From an uncultured Pelagibacteraceae bacterium (GTDB lineage Bacteria > Pseudomonadota > Alphaproteobacteria > Pelagibacterales > Pelagibacteraceae): 64,000 nucleotides of DNA. The DNA lies in contig CACCYQ010000002.1 in NCBI GenBank assembly GCA_902550285.1, positions 8,030 through 72,029 on the forward strand, read 5' to 3'. Positions within the stretch are counted from its first letter, which is position 1. Every line of letters begins with the position of its first letter. The notes beneath the pieces are model-generated. The model did no database searches. It saw nothing but the letters and a program-made list of their open reading frames with translations, and was not told the DNA's origin. The position numbers and the translations under genes were made by a program. Below, one piece after another: positions 42,120 through 53,010 of this stretch.

Positions 42120-43052
42120 ATGAATAAAGATCTTTCAAATATTAAAAAATCCAGACATCTGCTGGATAAAGGAGAGTGTATAGCTATTCCTACAGAAACT
42201 GTATATGGTTTGGCTGCTAACGCTTATTCTGATAAAGCTACATCTAAAATATTTAAACTTAAAAAAAGACTAAAAAAAAATCCATTAATAGTTCATTATG
42301 TTAGCCTTAAAATGCTAAAAAATGATTGCAAATTAAATGAAAATTTTTTTTATCTTTTTAAAAAATTCAGCCCAGGCCCAATTACATTTATTCTAAAGTT
42401 AAAAAAAAATAGCAAGATTTCTAAAAATGTAACAAATAATAAAAAAACTTTAGCTGTAAGATTTCCAAAACATATATTGACTAAAAAACTTTTACAAAAA
42501 TTGAATTACCCCATAGCTGCCCCAAGTGCAAATATTTCCACTAGGATTAGTCCTGTGACTAAGGAAGACGTTATTGAAGAATTTGGAAAAAAAATTAAAT
42601 TTGTTCTTGATGGCGGAAGTTCAAAAATTGGTTTAGAGTCGACTATTATAAGTTTAGTTAATAAACCACAAATACTAAGGCTGGGTGGACTAGAGGTAAG
42701 TAAAATTAATAAAGCTCTTAAAACTAAACTTAAATTTAATAGAAAAAATAAAAAAATTACTGTACCTGGTCAAGGAAAAGTTCATTATTCGCCTGGAATT
42801 CCAATTAGACTTAACATAAAAAAACCAAAAATAAATGAGGCGTTTATGCTAATTAAAAAAAGGAAATTATCTGATAAAAATTATTATTATTTAAGTAAAA
42901 GAAAAAATCTGAAAGAGGCAGCAAAAAAATTATATAAAACACTTAGAATGATAAAAAAAAAGAAATTTAAAAGTATTGCAGTAGAAAAAATTCCTAGTGT
43001 GGGATTTGGTGAAGTAATAAATGATAGACTAATTAGAGCGTCAAAATTTTAA
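42120..43052 (+). CDS. tsaC: L-threonylcarbamoyladenylate synthase (Sua5/TsaC with SUA5 domain)
   Basis: PTETVYGL, NPLIVH, AAPSAN, GLESTII, PG...HYSP, INDRL. Confidence 0.92.
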   Translation: MNKDLSNIKKSRHLLDKGECIAIPTETVYGLAANAYSDKATSKIFKLKKRLKKNPLIVHYVSLKMLKNDCKLNENFFYLFKKFSPGPITFILKLKKNSKISKNVTNNKKTLAVRFPKHILTKKLLQKLNYPIAAPSANISTRISPVTKEDVIEEFGKKIKFVLDGGSSKIGLESTIISLVNKPQILRLGGLEVSKINKALKTKLKFNRKNKKITVPGQGKVHYSPGIPIRLNIKKPKINEAFMLIKKRKLSDKNYYYLSKRKNLKEAAKKLYKTLRMIKKKKFKSIAVEKIPSVGFGEVINDRLIRASKF

Positions 43053-43789
43053 TGGAAAACTTAGTAGAAGTAAAAAATTTAGAAAAAAAATATGGCTCCA
43101 AAGAAGCTGTAAAAGGTATTTCATTTAACATCCAAAAAAATGAAATCTTGGGACTTTTAGGACCAAATGGATCAGGAAAAACAACAACAATAGGAATGAT
43201 GCTTGGCTTGTTAAAACCTACTAATGGAGAAATTTTAATAGATGGAAAAAAAATTGAAGAAAACAGGATAGAAACTTTGAAAAAAATAAATTTTATTTCA
43301 CCCTACATTGAATTACCAAAAAAACTTACAGTAAAGCAAAACTTAATTGTTTACTGCAAATTATATAACGTCTCAAATATAAAAAATAGAATTGAGTATC
43401 TTGTTGGAAAATTAAGACTAGAAGATTTGTTAAACAGAATAACAGGGGAGCTTTCCTCTGGACAAAAAAATAGAGTTAGTTTGGCAAAAGCTTTGATTAA
43501 TAATCCTACTGTATTATTTTTAGATGAACCTACGGCTTCTCTTGATCCTGAAATTGGTGACTTTGTTAGAAGTTTTTTAGAAAATTACAAAAAGGATAAA
43601 AAAATATCTATTTTATTAGCTTCACATAATATGAGTGAAGTAACTAGATTATGTAAAACAGTACTAATGATGAAAGATGGTATTATTATAGATAAGGGAT
43701 GTCCAAATGAACTTATACAAAAACATGGTAGAGATAACCTGGAAGAAGTTTTTTTAAAACTTTCAAGGAGCAAATATGAACTTAGTTAG
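43052..43789 (+). CDS. ABC transporter ATP-binding protein
   Basis: GPNGSGKT, LSSGQ, LFLDEPT. Confidence 0.93.
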   Translation: MENLVEVKNLEKKYGSKEAVKGISFNIQKNEILGLLGPNGSGKTTTIGMMLGLLKPTNGEILIDGKKIEENRIETLKKINFISPYIELPKKLTVKQNLIVYCKLYNVSNIKNRIEYLVGKLRLEDLLNRITGELSSGQKNRVSLAKALINNPTVLFLDEPTASLDPEIGDFVRSFLENYKKDKKISILLASHNMSEVTRLCKTVLMMKDGIIIDKGCPNELIQKHGRDNLEEVFLKLSRSKYELS

Positions 43790-44567
43790 AATTTATGGGC
43801 TTTTTTTAAGACACTTCTATTTAATTACAAGATCATTTCCTAGGATTTTAGATTTAATTTATTGGCCGTCAATTCAAATAACTTTATGGGGATTCATCTC
43901 AAACTTTTTTTCAGATCATAGCACATATTACAATAATGCAGTTGGTGTAATTTTAACTTGCGCAATTCTTTACGATTTTCTTTTTAGAACAAGTATTGGT
44001 TTTAATATGTTATTTTTAGAAGAAATTTGGAGTAGAAACTTTACAAATTTATTCATAGCACCAATTAAAATTGGTGAAATAATTACTTCCCTTATTATTA
44101 CAGCTTTAATTAGAGCGTTGATTGGACTTGTGCCCGCAATATTACTGACTTCACCTCTTTTTGGAATATCTTTATTAGATCTTGGTTTGCATTTGTTTTT
44201 TCTTTTTCTAAGTCTATACATATTTGGAATTACTCTTGGAATATTAGTTTCAGCAGGATTATTAAGATTTGGTCCTTCTTTTGAAAATATTGCATGGTCC
44301 ACTATGTTCTTGTTAGCTCCTTTTGGTTGTATTTATTATCCAGTAGAAATTTTACCTGAGTTTTTTCAAAAAATAGCCTACTCTCTTCCACTTGTTTATA
44401 TCTTTGAAGAAGCCAGAAGCATTTTAATCGATCAAACAGTAAATTATAAAAATATAATTTATGCATTTTATTTAAATGGAATTTATTTAATATTAGCAAT
44501 AACACTGTTTTACTATTCTTTTGGTCAGGCTCGTAAAAGAGGAACCTTAATAAATATAGGTGAATAG
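43776..44567 (+). CDS. ABC-2 type permease
   Basis: Six TM segments; EEIWSRNF, YYPVEILP; overlaps the ATPase gene. Confidence 0.88.
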   Translation: MNLVRIYGLFLRHFYLITRSFPRILDLIYWPSIQITLWGFISNFFSDHSTYYNNAVGVILTCAILYDFLFRTSIGFNMLFLEEIWSRNFTNLFIAPIKIGEIITSLIITALIRALIGLVPAILLTSPLFGISLLDLGLHLFFLFLSLYIFGITLGILVSAGLLRFGPSFENIAWSTMFLLAPFGCIYYPVEILPEFFQKIAYSLPLVYIFEEARSILIDQTVNYKNIIYAFYLNGIYLILAITLFYYSFGQARKRGTLINIGE

Positions 44568-44568
44568 T

Positions 44569-44645
44569 TGGTGCGCCCGCAAGGAGTCGAACCCTGAACC
44601 TCCAGAGCCGAAATCTGGCGCTCTATCCAGTTGAGCTACGAGCGC
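44569..44645 (-). tRNA. tRNA-Arg(TCG)
   Basis: GCGCTCGTAGCTCAACTGGATAGAGC, anticodon arm CCAGA-TTTCGGC-TCTGG, GGTTCGACTCC, CCA end; 77 nt. Confidence 0.93.
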
Positions 44646-44668
44646 ATATAGTATTATTATTATAATTT

Positions 44669-45649
44669 ATGAAAAATTTCATTAGTATAATTGTAGATAA
44701 AAATGATGAAAAATTAAGAGTAGACTCCTTTATCAGTAATAAAGAAAAGGAGCTTAGCAGAACTAGAATAAAAAATTTAATTCTTAATAATAAACTCAAA
44801 TTAAACAAAAAAATATTAACAGATCCTTCAAAGATTGTATCTTATGGGGATACTATTCTTTTAGAAATACCTAGTCCAAAAATTACTTCATTAAAACCTT
44901 ATAATTATAAATTAGATATTGTTCATGAGGATAATGATTTAATTGTAATAAACAAAAATGCAGGAATATCAATGCACCCTGGGCCTGGAAATTATGAAAA
45001 TACCATAGTTAATGCTTTGATGAATTATGGTGATGGAAAATTGTCAAATATTGGAGATGAACTAAGACCTGGAATAGTTCATAGGATTGATAAAGATACT
45101 TCTGGTTTAATTGTGGTTGCTAAAAATAACAAAACACATGAATATCTATCTATTCAGTTTAATAAGCATACGATAAACAGAGTTTATCAAGCACTTATTT
45201 GGGGCAAGTTAAGACCTCAAAGTGGAAAAATTGAAACATTAATAACAAGAAGTTCAAAAAATAGACAACTTATGGAAGTAGGATTAACAAAAGGAAAAAA
45301 GGCAGTAACAAATTATAAAACTATTGAAGTTTTTGAAAGTGATAAAATACCAACTTTTAGCCTAGTTGAATGTAGATTAAAAACTGGAAGAACTCATCAG
45401 ATAAGAGTGCATATGAAATATAAAGGAAATAATATTTTAGGAGATAAAAAATATAAAAAAAAATATAAAAAGTTTAAAAATATAGATCCAATTATAGAAA
45501 AAATTATTAAAAATTTAGATAGACAATTTTTACATGCAAAAAAATTAGGATTTATACACCCATCATCTGGAAAACAAATTGAATTTTCCTCAAATTTACC
45601 GAAAGAATTAGATTTAATTTTAAAAAAGTTAAGAAATACATGCAAATAA
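44669..45649 (+). CDS. rluD: RluA-family 23S rRNA pseudouridine synthase (RluD-like, with S4 domain)
   Basis: RPGIVHRIDKDTSG, TGRTHQIRVH, RQFLHA. Confidence 0.88.
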   Translation: MKNFISIIVDKNDEKLRVDSFISNKEKELSRTRIKNLILNNKLKLNKKILTDPSKIVSYGDTILLEIPSPKITSLKPYNYKLDIVHEDNDLIVINKNAGISMHPGPGNYENTIVNALMNYGDGKLSNIGDELRPGIVHRIDKDTSGLIVVAKNNKTHEYLSIQFNKHTINRVYQALIWGKLRPQSGKIETLITRSSKNRQLMEVGLTKGKKAVTNYKTIEVFESDKIPTFSLVECRLKTGRTHQIRVHMKYKGNNILGDKKYKKKYKKFKNIDPIIEKIIKNLDRQFLHAKKLGFIHPSSGKQIEFSSNLPKELDLILKKLRNTCK

Positions 45650-45692
45650 AACGATTGTAATATTAGAAAACTTTATTAAATAAATATCCACA

Positions 45693-46583
45693 ATGGCAGA
45701 TACAACTTACAATTTACCAGCTCTTTCGAATGAAGGAGGTCTTTCCGTATACCTTTCTCAAATAAAAAAATTTCCCATGTTGGATGCTGAGGAAGAATAT
45801 ATGCTAGCAAAAAACTGGAAATCTACAGGTAATGTTAAATCTGCTGAGAAACTAGTAACAAGTCATTTAAGATTAGTCGCAAAAATTGCAATGGGTTATA
45901 GAGGATATGGTCTTCCGCTAAACGAAATAATTTCAGAAGGTAATGTAGGATTGATGCAAGCTGTTAAAAAGTTTGAACCTGATAAAGGCTTTAGATTAGC
46001 TACTTACGCCATGTGGTGGATTAAAGCATCTATACAAGAGTATATATTAAGATCTTGGAGTCTAGTTAAAATGGGCACAACAACAGCGCAAAAAAAATTA
46101 TTTTTTAATCTCAAAAAAATAAAAAACCAGATTGCTCCTAAAACTGAAGGTGATTTAAAAGATGAACATGTAAAAAATATTGCAAATAGATTGGATGTTA
46201 GCGAAGATGAAGTAATATCTATGAACAGAAGACTTTTGGGTAAAGAACACTCTTTAAATACACCAATAAATGAGACTGGAGATCAATGGCAAGACTGGTT
46301 AGTTGATAAAGAAATGGATCAAGAGTTAAAATTTGCGCAAAAAGAAGAAATGGAAAAAAGGAAAGATCTTTTACAAAACTCAATAAAAATACTAAATAAA
46401 AGAGAAAAAGAAATATTGTTTGCAAGACGACTTACGGACGAACCTATCACACTAGAGGATTTAAGCAAAAAATTTAAAATTAGTAGAGAAAGAATTAGAC
46501 AAATAGAAAACAAATCTTTTGAAAAATTACAAAAGCACATGTTAAATGCTGCTAAATCAAAAAATTTATTACCTGTTAATTAG
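45693..46583 (+). CDS. rpoH: RNA polymerase sigma-32 factor
   Basis: [19 protein letters not shown], RpoH box [17 protein letters not shown]. Confidence 0.96.
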   Translation: MADTTYNLPALSNEGGLSVYLSQIKKFPMLDAEEEYMLAKNWKSTGNVKSAEKLVTSHLRLVAKIAMGYRGYGLPLNEIISEGNVGLMQAVKKFEPDKGFRLATYAMWWIKASIQEYILRSWSLVKMGTTTAQKKLFFNLKKIKNQIAPKTEGDLKDEHVKNIANRLDVSEDEVISMNRRLLGKEHSLNTPINETGDQWQDWLVDKEMDQELKFAQKEEMEKRKDLLQNSIKILNKREKEILFARRLTDEPITLEDLSKKFKISRERIRQIENKSFEKLQKHMLNAAKSKNLLPVN

Positions 46584-47871
46584 TAGCGAAAGGATCAATA
46601 ACTAATATTGTATCTTTTCTTTCTGGACTGGTTGAAATGCTAGATACTTTTGTTTCAACAAAATTTTCTAACTCTTTTATATATATTTTTGCATTTTCTG
46701 GAAGATTTTCAAATTTTGAAATTCCATTGGTAGAGGTTTTCCACCCTTTGAATGTTTTGTAAATTGGTTTAACCTTTTGTTGATCTTCAATATTTGCTGG
46801 TAAATAATCAATTTTTTTCCCATTAAGGTCATATGCAATACACATTTTTATTTCATCTAATTTATCTAAAACATCTAATTTAGTTAGTGCAATACCATCA
46901 ATTCCCGAAATTTTAATTGTTTGCCTTACTAGTACACCATCAAACCATCCGCATCTTCTTTTGCGACTGGTAACTGTTCCAAATTCATTTCCTCTATTGC
47001 CTAGTTCTTCTCCTACCTTGTCTTTTAATTCGGTTGGGAAAGGACCTTGTCCAACTCTAGTAGTATATGCTTTAGTAATACCTAGAACATAATTTATCAA
47101 GCCAGGACCACAGCCAGATCCAGTGGCAGCTGAGGATGCAACAGTATTAGAAGATGTAACAAACGGATATGTTCCGTGATCAACATCTAGCAGAATTCCT
47201 TGCGCTCCCTCAAATAATATTTTTTTTCCTTGGGATTTAAATTCATCTATTCTCTTCCAAACAGGCTGGGCATATTTTAAAATTTCAGGAGCTATTTTGA
47301 TTAAATCCTTTTTAATTTTTTCCTTATTATATGTTTCTTTTCCAAAACCTTTTCTTATCGCGTTATGATGATTTAAAGCTGTTTCTAATTTTTCATCCAA
47401 GTTTTTTTCGGAAGCTAAGTCAATTATTTTTATTGATCTTCTTCCTACTTTATCCTCATACGCTGGACCGATTCCTCTTTTGGTAGTTCCAATATTTTTT
47501 TTACCTGCTAAATCTTCTCTAATTTCGTCTAATTCTTTGTGAAATGGTAATATTAAACTTGCAGACTCAGATATGATCAAATTATTTTCTGTTATATCAA
47601 CCCCTTTTAATTTTATTTCATCTATTTCTTCAAGTAAGGCAAAAGGATCAACAACAACACCATTTCCAATGATTGATGTTTTATTTTTTCTTACTATTCC
47701 AGAAGGTAATAGTCTTAATTTATAAGTTACACCATCAATAACTAAAGTATGTCCAGCATTGTTACCACCTTGAAATCTTATAATTATATCGGCTTTATTG
47801 GATAACCAGTCTACAATTTTACCTTTTCCTTCGTCACCCCATTGTGATCCAACTACTACTACATTTTTCAT
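46576..47871 (-). CDS. purA: Adenylosuccinate synthetase
   Basis: [33 protein letters not shown]. Confidence 0.98.
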   Translation of the reverse strand: MKNVVVVGSQWGDEGKGKIVDWLSNKADIIIRFQGGNNAGHTLVIDGVTYKLRLLPSGIVRKNKTSIIGNGVVVDPFALLEEIDEIKLKGVDITENNLIISESASLILPFHKELDEIREDLAGKKNIGTTKRGIGPAYEDKVGRRSIKIIDLASEKNLDEKLETALNHHNAIRKGFGKETYNKEKIKKDLIKIAPEILKYAQPVWKRIDEFKSQGKKILFEGAQGILLDVDHGTYPFVTSSNTVASSAATGSGCGPGLINYVLGITKAYTTRVGQGPFPTELKDKVGEELGNRGNEFGTVTSRKRRCGWFDGVLVRQTIKISGIDGIALTKLDVLDKLDEIKMCIAYDLNGKKIDYLPANIEDQQKVKPIYKTFKGWKTSTNGISKFENLPENAKIYIKELENFVETKVSSISTSPERKDTILVIDPFATN

Positions 47872-48680
47872 CTAAATTTTTTATCTATATTAATTGTATT
47901 TAAATGGTTAATTGGTCCATGACCCTTTCCGTATTTAGGCCCTGAAGCAATTGCATGGTTAACATACTTAATTGCCATCTCACAAGATTTCTTTAACGTT
48001 TTTCCACAAGAATAATAAGTAGCTATAGCGCTTGACAATGTACACCCTGTTCCATGTGTATTTTTCGTATTAATTTTTTTGTTTCTAAATATAGAAAGTT
48101 CATTTTTATTTAAAAAAATATCATAAATTATTTTTGAATTTAAGTGCCCTCCTTTTATTAAAACATTATTAATTCCTAAATTTAAAATTATATTTGCAGC
48201 ACCAATCATATCGCTTACATTTTTAATTTTTTTTCCAGTTAAAATTTCTGCTTCAGGAATATTTGGTGTAACAAGACTTACCTTTTTTATCAATTTTGAT
48301 TTTAGCAATTTTATTGTTTTTTTATCTGTTAATTTTGCACCGCCTTTTGCAACCATTACTGGATCTAAAATAATTTTACTTACTTTAATTTTATTAATTG
48401 ATTTTAAAACTGATTTAATTACTTGTACAGAGTGCAACATTCCAATTTTAATTGCGTCTGGTCTTATATCTTTTGAGGTAAATTCTATTTGTTTTGATAT
48501 TTCTTTTCCTGGTATCGTTGCTATTGAAATTACTCCTGTTGTGTTTTGTGATGTTACGGCAGTAATTGCTGTCATCGCATAGGATCCTAAAGAAGTAACA
48601 GTTTTTATATCTGCCTGTATTCCTGCTCCTCCAGAAGAATCTGAACCTGCAATAATTAATATTTTTGATTTTGGTTTCAA
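47868..48680 (-). CDS. thiD: Hydroxymethylpyrimidine/phosphomethylpyrimidine kinase
   Basis: [36 protein letters not shown]. Confidence 0.95.
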   Translation of the reverse strand: MKPKSKILIIAGSDSSGGAGIQADIKTVTSLGSYAMTAITAVTSQNTTGVISIATIPGKEISKQIEFTSKDIRPDAIKIGMLHSVQVIKSVLKSINKIKVSKIILDPVMVAKGGAKLTDKKTIKLLKSKLIKKVSLVTPNIPEAEILTGKKIKNVSDMIGAANIILNLGINNVLIKGGHLNSKIIYDIFLNKNELSIFRNKKINTKNTHGTGCTLSSAIATYYSCGKTLKKSCEMAIKYVNHAIASGPKYGKGHGPINHLNTINIDKKFR

Positions 48681-48681
48681 C

Positions 48682-50013
48682 TTATTTAATTGATCTTTTA
48701 ACTATATTTATACATTTTGCCAAAAGTTTGTTATCTTCTGACTCTCCCATAATTCTTATTTTGGGTTCGGTTCCAGATTTTCTTACCAACATTCTTCCTT
48801 TATTTTTAATTAATTTTGAAGCAACTCTTATTGCTTTTTTACATTTTGGTGAGTTAATAATTGATTTATCTTTAACATTAATGTTCTCCAAAATTTGAGG
48901 AGTAAATTTAAAAAGATTAAATAATTCGCTGGCTTTTTTTCCTTTTCTCATAGAAAACAAAACTTCTAAAGCAACCAATAAACCATCTCCTGTTGTAGCA
49001 AATTTACCTAATATAATATGCCCAGATTGTTCACCTCCTAAATTAAATTTATTTCTCTGCATTTTTTCTTTAACATATCTGTCTCCAACGTTTGCCCTAA
49101 TAAAATTAATTTTCTGTTTTTTTAAATATCTTTGAAGACCATAATTCGACATTAAAGTGCCAATTACACCACCTTTAAGTATTTTTTTTGTTTTCCATCT
49201 GTTTGCTAACATTGCAATAATTTGATCTCCATCAATTATGTTACCTTTTTCATCACATAAAATTACTCTGTCCGAATCTCCGTCAAGTGATATGCCTAGA
49301 TCAACTCTATTTCTTTTTACTAAATTTCTAATTTTAGTTGGAAAAGTAGACCCACATTTTTTATTTATATTTAAACCATTTGGAGATGTTCCTACAACAT
49401 AAACTTTAGCACCTAGAGATTTAAACAACTCAGGTCCAGATTTATACCCCGCACCATTAGCACAATCTATTGCGATTTTTATACCCTTTAAGCTAAATTT
49501 TTTAGGAAAATTACTTTTTAAAATATCAATATATTTATTGTTTGCATCTTCTAAACGTTTTACTCTTCCTAAAATTTTTGGTTGTGCAAGACTTATATTA
49601 ATTTTTTTATCTATTAATTTTTCAATTTTTTTTTCTATTCTATCAGAAAGTTTTAAACCGTCTGGACCAAATAATTTTAAACCATTGTCGTAATAAGGGT
49701 TATGAGAAGCTGTAATCATAATCCCCATGTTTGCTTTCATTTTTTTTGTTAACATTGCTAAACCATTGGTTGGTAATGGACCAAGAGTAAAAACATGCAT
49801 TCCTGCTGATGCCAAACCCGATACTAATGCAGGTTCAAGAGTATATCCGGACAATCTTGTGTCTTTAGCAATAATTGCTGTTTGTTTTATTTTTTTTAAA
49901 TTTTTAAAATAAGTTCCTGCTGCAAGTCCAAATTTAAAAAACATTTCTCCATTAATATTTCCCTTATTAACTGTTCCTCTAATTCCATCGGTTCCAAAAT
50001 ATTTCTTAGTCAT
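48682..50013 (-). CDS. glmM: Phosphoglucosamine mutase
   Basis: YFGTDGIRG, TASHNP, DGDSDR, GGEQSGH, SGTEP. Confidence 0.96.
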   Translation of the reverse strand: MTKKYFGTDGIRGTVNKGNINGEMFFKFGLAAGTYFKNLKKIKQTAIIAKDTRLSGYTLEPALVSGLASAGMHVFTLGPLPTNGLAMLTKKMKANMGIMITASHNPYYDNGLKLFGPDGLKLSDRIEKKIEKLIDKKINISLAQPKILGRVKRLEDANNKYIDILKSNFPKKFSLKGIKIAIDCANGAGYKSGPELFKSLGAKVYVVGTSPNGLNINKKCGSTFPTKIRNLVKRNRVDLGISLDGDSDRVILCDEKGNIIDGDQIIAMLANRWKTKKILKGGVIGTLMSNYGLQRYLKKQKINFIRANVGDRYVKEKMQRNKFNLGGEQSGHIILGKFATTGDGLLVALEVLFSMRKGKKASELFNLFKFTPQILENINVKDKSIINSPKCKKAIRVASKLIKNKGRMLVRKSGTEPKIRIMGESEDNKLLAKCINIVKRSIK

Positions 50014-51058
50014 TATTTATTGATTTAAATACTTTAATACTTTGTTTAATTTCGTTAACATCATGGACTCTTAGAATTTGTACTCCTTGGAGCATACAGA
50101 ATAATACTGTTGACACTGTTCCTCCTATTCTTTCCTTGCTATCATTTGTTCCTGATATATCTTTAATAAATTTTTTTCTAGATACTCCTATTAATATAGG
50201 AAATCCTAGACTATGAAAAATGGAAATCTTTGAGATAAGAGTAATATTATGTTTCAAGTTTTTACCAAATCCAATACCTGGATCGATCAATATATTGTTA
50301 TGCTTTATTCCTTTTTTTCTAATAGTAGATATTTTGTTTTCAAAGTAATCATAAACATCAAGTAAAACATTTTTGTATTTTGGATTTTTTTGCATATTTT
50401 TAGGAGAGCCTTGAATATGATTAATAACAAATGGGTGCTTGTGTTTTTTGATAAAGTTAATTGTACTTGCGTCATAATCTAAACCTGAAACATCATTTAT
50501 AAGATTAACTCCATATTTTAATCCTTTTTTCATAATTGCAGACTTTCTTGTATCTAGAGAAATAAATTTTTTTAGTTTATGTAATTTTGAAATTGTCTTA
50601 TATATTCTTTTCCACTCAATATTTTTATTGACTGATTTAGAATTAGGACGTGTAGACTCACCACCAATATCAATAATATCACACCCATCAGAAATCAATT
50701 TTTTTGCATGATTAATTCCCTCTTTTTTTTTATTATATTTTCCCCCATCTGAAAAACTGTCAGGAGTTAAATTTAATATTCCCATTATCAATGGTTTTTT
50801 TAAAAGATTTAATTTTTTGAATTTTTTTTTTTTTATAATTTGTTTAATATCTGAATAAACCTTTTTTCTTAAATTTTTATTTAATTTTTTTATATCTTTA
50901 AAATAAATTTTTTTAACAAATTTTCTTGATATCACTTCCAAATGATCAAAAGAAATACTTTTGTCTCCATGAAGAGCTAATGCTAGTTTATTTTTTACCT
51001 TTGATTTTGAGATTGGTCCATAATAGAAATTACACGCTCTTGTGTAATATTTTTCCAT
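50006..51058 (-). CDS. folP: Dihydropteroate synthase with N-terminal extension
   Basis: MGILNLTPDSFSDGG, GGESTRP, DPGIGFGK, SRK, RVHDV. Confidence 0.94.
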   Translation of the reverse strand: MEKYYTRACNFYYGPISKSKVKNKLALALHGDKSISFDHLEVISRKFVKKIYFKDIKKLNKNLRKKVYSDIKQIIKKKKFKKLNLLKKPLIMGILNLTPDSFSDGGKYNKKKEGINHAKKLISDGCDIIDIGGESTRPNSKSVNKNIEWKRIYKTISKLHKLKKFISLDTRKSAIMKKGLKYGVNLINDVSGLDYDASTINFIKKHKHPFVINHIQGSPKNMQKNPKYKNVLLDVYDYFENKISTIRKKGIKHNNILIDPGIGFGKNLKHNITLISKISIFHSLGFPILIGVSRKKFIKDISGTNDSKERIGGTVSTVLFCMLQGVQILRVHDVNEIKQSIKVFKSINND

Positions 51059-51064
51059 TATGAA

Positions 51065-52957
51065 TTAATGTACGATTTTTGGCTTTAGTCCAATTGATCC
51101 AAGAGCTGAGTCCTGATTATCATCTTCAACTTTTAAATCTTCCTTGCTGCTTGGATAAATATTTTTTTGAATTAAGTCTTTAATTTCATCTCCAGTGAGC
51201 GTTTCATAAGTCAAAAGCGCTTTAGCTAACTTGTGTAAATCATCAATTTTCTCATTTAAAACTTTTTTTGCTCTTTCATAACCTTCTTCTACAATCTTTT
51301 TTATTTCGGAGTCTACCTTTCTTGCGGTTTCCTCTGACATATTTTGCTGTCTTGCAACTGATCTACCTAAAAATACCTCTTCTTCATTTTCTCCATAAGC
51401 AATTGGACCAAGTTCTTTACTTAATCCAGCTCTCATAACCATTGCTCTTGCTCTTTTTGTGGCCTGCTCAATGTCGCTTGCTGCTCCTGTTGTAACTTTA
51501 TCCCATCCAAAAATAATTTCCTCAGCCACTCGTCCTCCCATTGCAATTGCCATTTGAGCATGCAATTGCTCTCTAGTTTGAGATAACTCATCTTTTTCAG
51601 GAAGTTGCATTACCATACCCAGCGCTCTACCTCTTGGAATAATTGTTGCTTTATGAATAGGATATGCTGCTTTTTCATTTATTGTTACAACCGCATGTCC
51701 GGCTTCATGATAAGCAGTTAGTTTCTTTTCTTCATCTGTCATTACCATTGATCTTCTTTCAGCTCCCATCATAACTTTATCTTTTGCTTCTTCAAATTCT
51801 TGGTATGTAACAATTCTTTTATTCTTTCTAGCAGCCAATAAAGCTGATTCATTTACTAAATTTGCTAGATCAGCTCCCGAAAAGCCCGGAGTTCCTCTCG
51901 CAATTGTTCTAAGGTTAACGTCTGGTGCCATTGAGATTTTTTTTGCATGAACTTTTAATATTTTTTCTCTACCTATAATATCTGGAAGTGAAACAACCAC
52001 TTGTCTATCAAATCTTCCTGGTCTTAACAATGCAGGATCCAATACATCGGGTCTGTTTGTTGCCGCAATTATAATTACTCCTTCATTTGTATCAAAACCA
52101 TCCATTTCAACTAGTAATTGGTTGAGTGTCTGTTCTCTTTCATCGTTTCCTCCGCCAAGTCCAGCTCCTCTACTTCTACCTACAGCATCGATTTCATCTA
52201 TAAATATAATACAAGGAGCATTCTTTTTACCTTGCTCGAACATATCTCTTACCCTTGATGCCCCAACTCCTACGAACATTTCTACAAAGTCAGAACCTGA
52301 AATTGTAAAAAAAGGTACACCTGCTTCTCCTGCAACAGCTCTAGCTAATAAAGTTTTTCCTGTACCTGGAGGACCAACTAATAAGGCACCTCTTGGTATC
52401 TTTCCACCAAGTCTACTAAATTTTTTTGGATCTTTTAAAAATTCTACTACTTCCTCAAGTTCTTCTTTTGCTTCGTCTACTCCTGCTACATCATTAAAAG
52501 TTACTTTACCTTTTAATTGATTCATCATTTTAGCTTTTGATCTACCAAAGCCCATTGCGCCACCCTTGCCACCTTGCATTTGTCTCATAAAGAAAATCCA
52601 AACTGCAATTAAAAGCAACATAGGAAACCATGATAGAAGAACTCCAAATAGAGATGGCATTTTTTCCTCTGTAGGAGAAGCAGAAATACTTACTCCTTTG
52701 GAAGATAATTTTTCTATTAAATTTGGATCATTTGGAGAGTATGTTGTAAATCTCTCGCCGTTAGACATAACTCCTTTAATATTGTTTCCTTGAATTTCAA
52801 CTTTAACAACTCTTCCATTGTCCACTTCAGACAAAAATTCTGAGAAAATAATTTTATTATTATTATTAATAGTTCTGTTAGAGTTGTTAAACATATTGTA
52901 CAGACCTACGGTCAGTACAACTATTATTGCCCACATTGCTAGATTTTTAAAATTCAT
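51065..52957 (-). CDS. ftsH: ATP-dependent zinc metalloprotease FtsH
   Basis: [39 protein letters not shown]; start MNFKNL at 52957. Confidence 0.98.
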   Translation of the reverse strand: MNFKNLAMWAIIVVLTVGLYNMFNNSNRTINNNNKIIFSEFLSEVDNGRVVKVEIQGNNIKGVMSNGERFTTYSPNDPNLIEKLSSKGVSISASPTEEKMPSLFGVLLSWFPMLLLIAVWIFFMRQMQGGKGGAMGFGRSKAKMMNQLKGKVTFNDVAGVDEAKEELEEVVEFLKDPKKFSRLGGKIPRGALLVGPPGTGKTLLARAVAGEAGVPFFTISGSDFVEMFVGVGASRVRDMFEQGKKNAPCIIFIDEIDAVGRSRGAGLGGGNDEREQTLNQLLVEMDGFDTNEGVIIIAATNRPDVLDPALLRPGRFDRQVVVSLPDIIGREKILKVHAKKISMAPDVNLRTIARGTPGFSGADLANLVNESALLAARKNKRIVTYQEFEEAKDKVMMGAERRSMVMTDEEKKLTAYHEAGHAVVTINEKAAYPIHKATIIPRGRALGMVMQLPEKDELSQTREQLHAQMAIAMGGRVAEEIIFGWDKVTTGAASDIEQATKRARAMVMRAGLSKELGPIAYGENEEEVFLGRSVARQQNMSEETARKVDSEIKKIVEEGYERAKKVLNEKIDDLHKLAKALLTYETLTGDEIKDLIQKNIYPSSKEDLKVEDDNQDSALGSIGLKPKIVH

Positions 52958-53010
52958 AACCTTAAAGTAAGAATTATTACGAATTAAACAAGTGCCATTT
53001 TGTGGCAATT

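Noticed and set aside
50800-51058. N-terminal extension of FolP as a novel fusion
   Set aside because: No second enzyme motif is visible, and I recall similar extensions in other alphaproteobacterial FolP proteins
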